Assembly (NCBI GenBank): GCA_951406725.2
Contig: OX597830.1
Span: forward strand, 45,136,001-45,200,000
DNA: 64,000 nt
Direction of reading: 5' to 3'
Origin: Octopus vulgaris
Taxonomy: Eukaryota
Shown: positions 28,103-64,000 of the stretch, piece after piece
How positions within the stretch are numbered: position 1 is the stretch's first letter
Layout: the number at the start of each line of letters is the position of its first letter
The notes under the pieces: model-generated
Told to the model about the DNA's origin: nothing
Seen by the model: only the letters and a program-made list of their open reading frames with translations
Databases searched by the model: none
Translations under genes and position numbers: made by a program

Positions 28103-28105
<3 letters not shown>
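26475..28105 (+). mobile_element. Full-length Tc1-family DNA transposon (~1.63 kb) with ~220-bp IR/DR-type terminal inverted repeats
   Basis: CAGTTGCGG...CCGCAACTG ends; TIRs 26475-26695 and 27887-28105, each with two GCGGCCAAAATG(T/A)TCAGAAC-type direct repeats; inserted in a (TA)n tract. Confidence 0.95.
26801..27832 (+). pseudogene. Tc1 DD34E transposase, nearly intact (premature TGA at 27785-27787, no ATG at the expected start)
   Basis: HTH region with GRPRK, HFSDESKF, FMQDNAPCH, SPDLNPIENVW (34 residues between the second D and E); the frame continues past the TGA as RCQSVIEDKGLHTKY. Confidence 0.9.
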
Positions 28106-28201
<96 letters not shown>

Positions 28202-28253
28202 CATATATATGTATATATGTACGTATGTACATATGAGTGGGAGAGATAGGAAC

Positions 28254-28299
<46 letters not shown>

Positions 28300-28949
28300 C
28301 AAAATTTTATATTTTGTTCATTTCAAAAGATTATGTGAAATTTCAAATTAGAGTAGAGAATACTGGCGGCGTCCAGTTGAATAAAGTTAAAATTATATTG
28401 TGAGCATAAAACCCAAATGGCAATATCGAAAATTTCAATAAAGTAGAAATTGAATTTAATGTATTTAATTCGTCCTTAGAATGATTTCTGTTATCGATTT
28501 TATTTCTAAGTTTTAAAAATAACAATTTCCTTTGTGAATGAAAACATTGAAATGTCTTGTTTATTCGGGTAAAAACAGATTCGAATGATTTAATTATACT
28601 TGAAAGTGTGTGTATGTGTGAGTGAGTGTATACATACATGCACGCACATATTTATTTATATGGGTATGTATATAATATAATACAATACGCCGTAAGCATC
28701 CATGATTGATACTATTTCGATTCTCTAACCAGTATTGAGTAGTCACAGTAAATTGAATCTATGGAAATGCAGGAGCCTAAAATTCAATCAATTTGCAAAC
28801 ACAGAGTAGAGAAATAAAATTTAAAAATTAAGTGCAGCACAAAAGATAGTGCTGCAGCTGGCATGGTTGCAAACATAACTAAGCCATGCACACTCCCTCA
28901 CAAGACCACCACAAATAATAGACCCAGGATGGCCACTTATGCCACCAAG

Positions 28950-29235
28950 CCGACCATCACGCCAATTCTGATTAACATCAGAGTCATCCTGGTACAAAAC
29001 AGCAGCAAATGCAACATTGCGTATGTGAGGGATCTTGAATGCAGATACACACACCAATGTATACCACATTCTCTACACACAGAAAAGCAAGGAGTCACGG
29101 TGGAGTTACGTTGCACGTTTGTAAAGATGTAACGCCTCTAAACTTGCTGTCACCTTCAACAAGTGACACACTCGTAGAGCATTTGAAGCAACTTGATGTG
29201 GTAATATGCACATTATATCGACCTCCGATGCCTCC
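28950..29235 (+). mobile_element. LINE AP-endonuclease fragment (CR1-like)
   Basis: R..RSHGGV.L.V....VICTLYRPP in ORF 29039..29323. Confidence 0.55.
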
Positions 29236-29249
29236 TATTATGATGGTAA

Positions 29250-30300
29250 ACTTGAAGAAAGCCCCCTTGTTTTACGATGCACTTCTCCCAGCAGTCCTCA
29301 AGCCTGCTTATTTCATCGGATAAAGTTTTCGGTTGGCCGCACAGCCATTCACGCACCACCTCCTGCGCTTCTTCGTCCATAGCAAATCCACAAACTCGTA
29401 AAGCATGTTTGAGTGATTCAGAGAGATGATAGTCGAAAGAGCCGAGATCTGGACTGTATGCAAAAGTTCCCAGCAACTCGAAACCCAATTTTTTAATGGT
29501 TCCATGGTGTAGGGCGCATTTTCGTGCAACAATAACACTTATTTTTGACAATAGATCTCGGTGTTTGGTGTGAATTGTTGGTTTCAGTTTGTTGTCCGGT
29601 GACTGTAGACACCTTTTTTAGGTAATGTGATAGTATAGTCCCTTTTGCGCGTGTTTCCCTACCCCACCCTACTCAACAGTTAGCATCACTTTTTTTTTTA
29701 CGGAACATTGAGTTTTGAATTTCTTTTCGCTAGCGATTCTGGGTGTTTCCACTTTATACTCTGCCTTTTTTAAAATTCTGGCTCGAAATGACGGACTCAG
29801 ATCTCATCTCCGGTGATTATTCTGTCCGAAAAAGCTTCCCCTTCCTCTTTACAGCAGTTGAGTAAGCGTTGAAAGAACTTCACAAATTTGCGCTTATGCG
29901 CTTCGGTAAGCTCTCTTGGCACCCATGCTGCACAGACTATACGGAAGCGAGGCTTGTCGTGGTTGATTTCGCACACAGAACCAGGATTCATTTGCAGAGA
30001 ACATATCATCTCATCGATTCTCGCTAGTCGGGTCGCCAGAACTATCTCTCGAGCCTGTTGGATCTTCATGTCAGTTGTTGAGACTGATGGGCGTCCTAAT
30101 CCCTCTCCCTTCGTGTCTCATGCTTGTCCGGCCATTTCAAACTTCTCGATCAACTCATGCACACTACGCGATAGAGTGATATTCCCATATTGCGATGAAT
30201 TTCAGCTGCTGACACACCTTCAGGCCAGAGAAATCGGATCAGTGATTTCTGTTCTTCCTTGGGGCACATTGCCAGAGGCCATGTTTATTCTATAACACAA
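29250..30300 (-). mobile_element. Degenerate mariner transposase relic
   Basis: WVPRELT, RIITGDE, LLLHENA, YSPDL..FDYHL, WEKCI..QG across frameshifted ORFs. Confidence 0.85.
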
Positions 30301-30354
30301 GGGAAAAAATAAAACAAGTTCAAACGTCGGTGACGTAATCACATGAGTACCACT

Positions 30355-30770
30355 TTGCCATACCCCCGGAAATAGTTAGAAGTGGTTGTCGGAGAATTTC
30401 TATGACTTCTCCAGGCCCAATTTCTGATCTAATTCTCCCGATTGTAATCCCATGGATTACTATGCGCAGGGCACAATTATGAAAGACAACAACCGCTCTG
30501 CCTGCTACAAGGCCAAGATGGTGGCCAAAATGAAGGAGGTGTCCGAATATCTTCCTATAGACACAGTGAAGAACTCATGCGCCAGGCTGCGCAGGCGCCT
30601 TGAGTCTGTGGTGAGAGCTAAAGGTATTTACCTTGAGTTAACGGTTATCCCCTAGCAAAGAATCAAGTTCATATTTTTTGCTTTCTTAAAATAAGTTTAT
30701 TTTTGGATGGAATATTGTGTTTCCCTTTCTTTTAATGCAAGCTCTCGAATTCAGCCTGACCACCTTGTAA
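30355..30770 (+). mobile_element. maT/DD37D-like transposase 3' relic
   Basis: NSPDCNPMDYY...SCA...RRLE.VV.A.G.Y motif. Confidence 0.55.
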
Positions 30771-31574
30771 ACGACTATCGTAAGCGAATGTTTTATATTA
30801 GCTGTGCATTGATTTTATTTTACAACTCGGTATACTTATATGTTCGTATATAAGCTAAGTATACTTATATATTCGTGCGTATATATGGGAAAATAATATC
30901 TATAGCAAAAGCTGATCGCAGAAAATGACCGACTGCTAATGAAGTCAGTTTTGTACTCATGTAGTCCGTGCTTCGATTCCTCTGTACGAGGAATCTTAAG
31001 CAAGTGTCATCTTCCATATATTGCCGCAATTGATCTCAAGCATTGTGAGCAAAATTGTTTTGATGGAAGCTGTGTATCAAAGGCTGTCAAAGGAACTGTA
31101 CATGTGATTAAGAAGAACCACTCTTGTTACATGCTGTATCACGTTGCGTCTGCGTAGAACAGGCTGTTGAATACAATACCACATGCACTATAATTCAATG
31201 AGTAACTAGTTCCGTTGATCGAACACCTGAAACATTCATAGTCGAAACCGACGGAGGATTCGCACTGAAAGCATGTTGTCTATAACTCAATTAATCGCTG
31301 AGTCGGTATTAAAGTTTTTTTTCTTTATATACAATGTTCTCGATAGTATATACAATGTGTTATTTGATAAGGAAACAGTATTTCTGGATTTTATGTTCAT
31401 CGTTGTTCTCAATATAATCTTTCTCATGTTTCCCCCTTTGTGATATTTTAAAATTATTTTATGTCAAAGTCGCTGTCTTCCTCATAAACTCAAGAGAAAT
31501 CCGTAGAGACTTAGAGGGGAATAAGGATAGCAGAGAAATGTTATACGTTTTCCATCACACTCCAGTTGCTTTCC

Positions 31575-31632
<58 letters not shown>

Positions 31633-31827
31633 TAAATTAGAGATAAAACCACTATTAGGCAAATCATATAATGAAAAACTTATTGGCTTAAGTTTTTCAT
31701 TGTATTTTGTTCTGCCAAAGGAAAGAACAGGCCATAAGATTAATAAATATAATAAATATAATATTTTACTATAAAATTAGATTCAATCCTAAATCTGATT
31801 TTTCCCTGTAAGTTTGGATTTATTCCC

Positions 31828-31897
<70 letters not shown>

Positions 31898-31904
31898 TAT
31901 ATAC

Positions 31905-32008
<104 letters not shown>

Positions 32009-33728
32009 ATATAACCATATGCATCAAGAATGACATAATAAGGAAATCAATGTAGTGGTTGTTAGATATGCAAAAAGACGGAATAGTCAAGGCTGGAAAG
32101 CCTTTTGGTGATAGGTCTATTCAACGGGGGCTAATCTGGGACTTAAAAGCAACTCGACAAAACTGAAAAAGAATTCCAGATATTGTCATTTCTTTTTCTT
32201 ACCCACAAAAGCTGGTGACGTAGAATACTAGGATGGTAAATTGGCCCCTTATTATTGTGATGGAATTCATTCGTGGAGCGAATTCTTCTTCTGTGTATTT
32301 CCGTTTACCTCGGCTATTTGACCCTCGATAAAAGAAAGTCCGACGTTAAGGGCTGCTAACACTTGTTGTCTCCTCTAGAACGATCAGTCACCAGTGAATT
32401 TATTATATTTATTAATCTTATGGCCTGTTCTTTCCTTTGGCAGAACAAAATAAAAAAAGGCACTATCAACAACATTTCATCCACAGAAAAATTGCTGCAG
32501 AAATAATGACGCCTTATCTCAGGTTTTTGGAGAACGAGGAGGGAAAAGTAACTTTTCTATGAGACCTATCAATTCTCATAAAACCGGGGCAGTTTCAGGA
32601 GAATGGTGATGCCAACTTGATGTACAGCTTATTTGACAATCACATTAATCCTGGCAGAATGTGACTACATTGGCTGTGATGAACTTTGCTGTCAATTTAT
32701 GCATTGCAACGACATTTGGCTGGCGCACAGACAGTAGTATTGAGTCTGAACTCAACTAAGATTCTCTAATCAATTTGGCTCAACACGTAATTGTTTAATT
32801 ATTGCCGACAAATATGAAAAAAAGAATGCTCTTTGTCTTTAAAGTATGAAGTGAGGATTTTTTAAAGTATAAAGTCTAAAACTAGTAGTTTACTTGCAAA
32901 ATATATTGGAGTGATTTATTGTCATTCTAACATTCCTAAAATATCGGTTTGTCTCCGCTATTGATTTTGGGTTAGACTCAGAAACTGGCAGAGAACAATA
33001 TTTAAAGAGCAAAGGTTGGTTGAATTGTTATCTACTCAGCTCAGTTCCCTCACTTTAGATAATGTGTTCTTCTCGAGGTTTAAACTCTCAAATATCCTGT
33101 ATCTTTCTTTTCCCTTTCTTTCTTTTTTCTCGGCATTCATAAAAGAATGGAAAATGAGATGAGAGAGAGAGAAATGAGAGCAGGAGATATCTAGAACATT
33201 CGAATGTTCTGTTTTTTCTTTTCTCCACATCATTTCATGTCTAGTTTTCTTTTGCTCTACGCTTTCACATCCTTCATTTTTATGTTTTCCCCCACGATTT
33301 TATTCCAGCTTTGTTGAAATTGGTTTTATAAGATTCTTCCATGTACAAAGGTTCAGAAAAATAGATATTTTAAATAGCCGTTAGCTTAGATTACTAAATA
33401 ACCAAGTTAGTCTCTCGGTCTTCCTATTTTGTTAATTTTCCAACTTTCTAATAGTAGCTTAACGAGTCGCTCCTTCTGTTCTCAAAGGTGAATCCGGATA
33501 GATTACACAAAATAGTATGGACGAGTAGCTTGTTATGTACACTAAGCAGTGAATACACAACACCACACACACACACATACACTTATATTTATGTATATTC
33601 TGTTTGAAAACGGTGTACCACGATGCAGATAAAGCTATAACAATGTATAAATATTGCGTTAAAAACACTTTTGACAGAAAAAGGTGAAGGCTGCCCGTAC
33701 ATACATATATACATGCATACATATGTGT

Positions 33729-33808
<80 letters not shown>

Positions 33809-34519
33809 AAATCAGTTGATGAATTACTCAGTTACACACATGAGAATTTCACATGCTTATTTTTACCAAATAAACAAATATCCCTGTCAAGAGCTACAAT
33901 GTGATCCTTCAAACTGCTAAAAGTAGCAGCCAAATGTCACTAAGCATCGATCCTGTTTTTTTATTTTTTTACACATCGAATATTATTGTTCAAGATAAGT
34001 TGTTTCTGACAAAAGACAAAAAAAAAAAATGAATCAGCATTGCTGGAACATTTTAATAATATATATGCTGGAAGAGAGATGACTTAAGGTTAAACTGTAA
34101 CTTAAACCAATATTACAAACTATATATAAAAACAAATGAAAAAAACCCAACCTAACCCTAACATGTATTATTCTAAATTGTATTGATTGTATTTTGTGAG
34201 TCGCCTTTTGTTTGAAACATAAAAAGTAAAAAAAAAAAAATTACGAGTTTCAAAAAACATTTTTTTTTTCCAGTCAAAAGCAAAAATGTGTTTTTTCTTT
34301 TCTGTTTTTTTATTTTACAAAAATAATTACTTAGGTTAGCTTTGTTTACAACGTCTATTTTTATTATATCGATCTCAAAGATCCGAAAAATAGGATCAAA
34401 CCCCGAGGAATAAAGATTTATTGAAAGAGTAGTTACTGTGAAATGGTTTACTCCTATATTTAACTTCTGAAACATTCACCATTAAGAACTCTTAAAAGAA
34501 AGTGTTAGACGCATTGTAA

Positions 34520-35315
34520 TTGCACACACACTTAAACACACGCACACACAAACAATACACTCAACACACACTCAATACAGACTCGCACACACTCAATACA
34601 CACACACATAAACATATGCACACATAAACAATACACTCAACACACACTCCATACAGACACACACACACTCAATACACACACACACATAAACATACGCACA
34701 CACAATACACTCAACACACACTCAATACAGACACACACACACTCAATACACACACACATAAACACACGCACACACAAACAATACACTCAACACACACTCA
34801 ATACAGACTCGCACACACTCAATACACACACACATAAACATACGCACACATAAACAATACACTCAACACACACTCCATACACACACACACACACACACAA
34901 TACACACACACATAAACACACGCACACACAAGCAATACACTCAACACACACTCAATACAGACACGCACACACTCAATACACACACACATAAACATACGCA
35001 CACATAAACAATACACTCAACACACACTCAATACAGACACGCACACACAAACAATACACTCAACACACACTCAATACAGACACCCACACACTCAATACAC
35101 ACACACATAAACACACGCACACACAAACATTACACTCAACACACACTCAATACACACACGCACACACTCAATACACACACACACATAAACATACGCACAC
35201 ACAAACAATACACTCAACACACACTCAATACAGACACGCACACACTCAATATACACACACATAAACATACGCACACATAAACAATACACTCAATACACAC
35301 TCAATACACACACGT

Positions 35316-35320
<5 letters not shown>
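34520..35320. repeat. CA-rich minisatellite, ~76-80-bp unit, ~10 copies
   Basis: Recurrent AAACAATACACTCAACACACACTCAATACAGAC...CATAAACA unit. Confidence 0.85.
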
Positions 35321-35392
<72 letters not shown>

Positions 35393-35432
35393 CAACGAAA
35401 TCTAATTTCTGATTTCAATTTCTCCCTTGCAG

Positions 35433-62377
<26,945 letters not shown>

Positions 62378-62589
62378 ATATGAAAAATTTACTATTCAAA
62401 GTTCGGCTGATAAATTCCTGAATGCCATAAACGCATGAAATCACTTCCATACATATCTCTCCCAAACATACGATCCCCGTGAATATGAAGCAAATCAGAA
62501 TCTCATATTTAGTTAAATATCTTCATAAGCCCAAATATCCATACAGAACATGTGATATGCTCTCAAAGATTATGATATGCCTGAGATCT

Positions 62590-62632
62590 GTATATATATA
62601 TATAAATATTTATATATATATATAGACATACT

Positions 62633-62686
<54 letters not shown>

Positions 62687-62713
62687 CATATATATATATA
62701 TATATGTATACAC

Positions 62714-62744
<31 letters not shown>

Positions 62745-62824
62745 CATATATACATACATATACATATATATATATGTACATACACATATATATATACATA
62801 TATATACATACATACATATATATA

Positions 62825-62858
<34 letters not shown>

Positions 62859-63105
62859 TACATATATACATATATACATACATATATATATACATATATA
62901 CATACATACATATATATATACATATATACATACATATATATATGCATATATACATACATATATATATACATATATACATACATATATATATATATAAATA
63001 TATATATATGCATATATACATATATATATATAAATATATATATATACATATATACACACACACATATATATATACATATATACATACATATATATATATA
63101 TATAA

Positions 63106-63164
<59 letters not shown>

Positions 63165-63767
63165 AATACATACATATATATATATATAAATATATATATA
63201 TACATATATATATGCATACATATATATATATACATACATATATATATATATATATACATACATATATATATACATATATACATACATATATATATATTTA
63301 TACATATATACATATATATATATACATATATATATATATACATATATACATATATATATACGCACATATATACATACACATATATATACATATATACATA
63401 TATATATACATACATATACATATATATATATACATATATACATATATATATACATATATATACATATATATATATATATACACATATATATATACACATA
63501 TATACATACATATATATATACACATATGCATACACAGATATATATATACATACATATATATGTATATATACACACATACATACATGCATATATATATACA
63601 CACACATATATACATATATATATATATACACATATATACATACATATATATACATATATATACATACATACATATATATATATATACATACACATATATA
63701 CATACATATATATATATATACATACACATATATACATACATATATATATACACACATACATATATAT
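62590..63767. repeat. ~1.2-kb compound (TA)/(CA)/(TACA) microsatellite just downstream of the nAChR stop
   Basis: Direct inspection; source of the long YI/IHT ORFs. Confidence 0.95.
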
Positions 63768-64000
63768 CAGTAGTGATTATAGTTTTATTTTAAAGCTGAA
63801 AGGTCTTACATTACAACTACTAGCTTCATGTTACCGTTCATTAGTTAACTGAATCTAATACTTGTAACTATACCCACACCCCCCACACACACACACACAG
63901 CCACACGCTCACATGGGATTGGGACGCTAATTGAATTTCACGCTCTGCGATGTACTGGATTCCCTTTGCATGATGCAGAACTAACGATCAAATTTTCAGT

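Noticed and set aside
62570-63852. Long ORFs of 300-400 aa (YI/IHT/VCM repeats), and similar ORFs throughout the window
   Set aside because: Stop-free translations of (TA)/(CA)/(TACA)/(TAA)/(AGT) microsatellites, open in several frames on both strands.

Overview
AT-rich, microsatellite-saturated animal DNA; the SINE, LINE and simple-repeat content suggests an octopus or other coleoid cephalopod (inference). One host gene is supported: a + strand Cys-loop receptor of nicotinic acetylcholine receptor alpha type (alpha9/alpha10-like). Six GT-AG exons (35433-35578, 46893-46937, 50202-50311, 54983-55527, 59530-59723, 61784-62377) join in frame to about 543 aa; the signal-peptide exon was not found. 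The subunit keeps the vicinal Cys-Cys and a cationic GEK filter, but has His at both loop-C tyrosines and Phe at the loop-D Trp, so the ligand site is non-canonical. The rest is mobile DNA: a near-intact IR/DR-type Tc1 (DD34E) element, mariner and maT relics, CR1-, RTE- and R4/Dong-like LINE fragments, two Penelope-like GIY-YIG fragments, SINEs and fold-back palindromes. Several short repeats carry minimal type-I hammerhead-ribozyme folds with variant cores, one directly 3' of a Penelope-like endonuclease. An ~8.3 kb palindrome (about 12990-21250) with one error-riddled arm is probably a fold-back long-read assembly artefact. Almost all ORFs in the supplied track are microsatellite translations.
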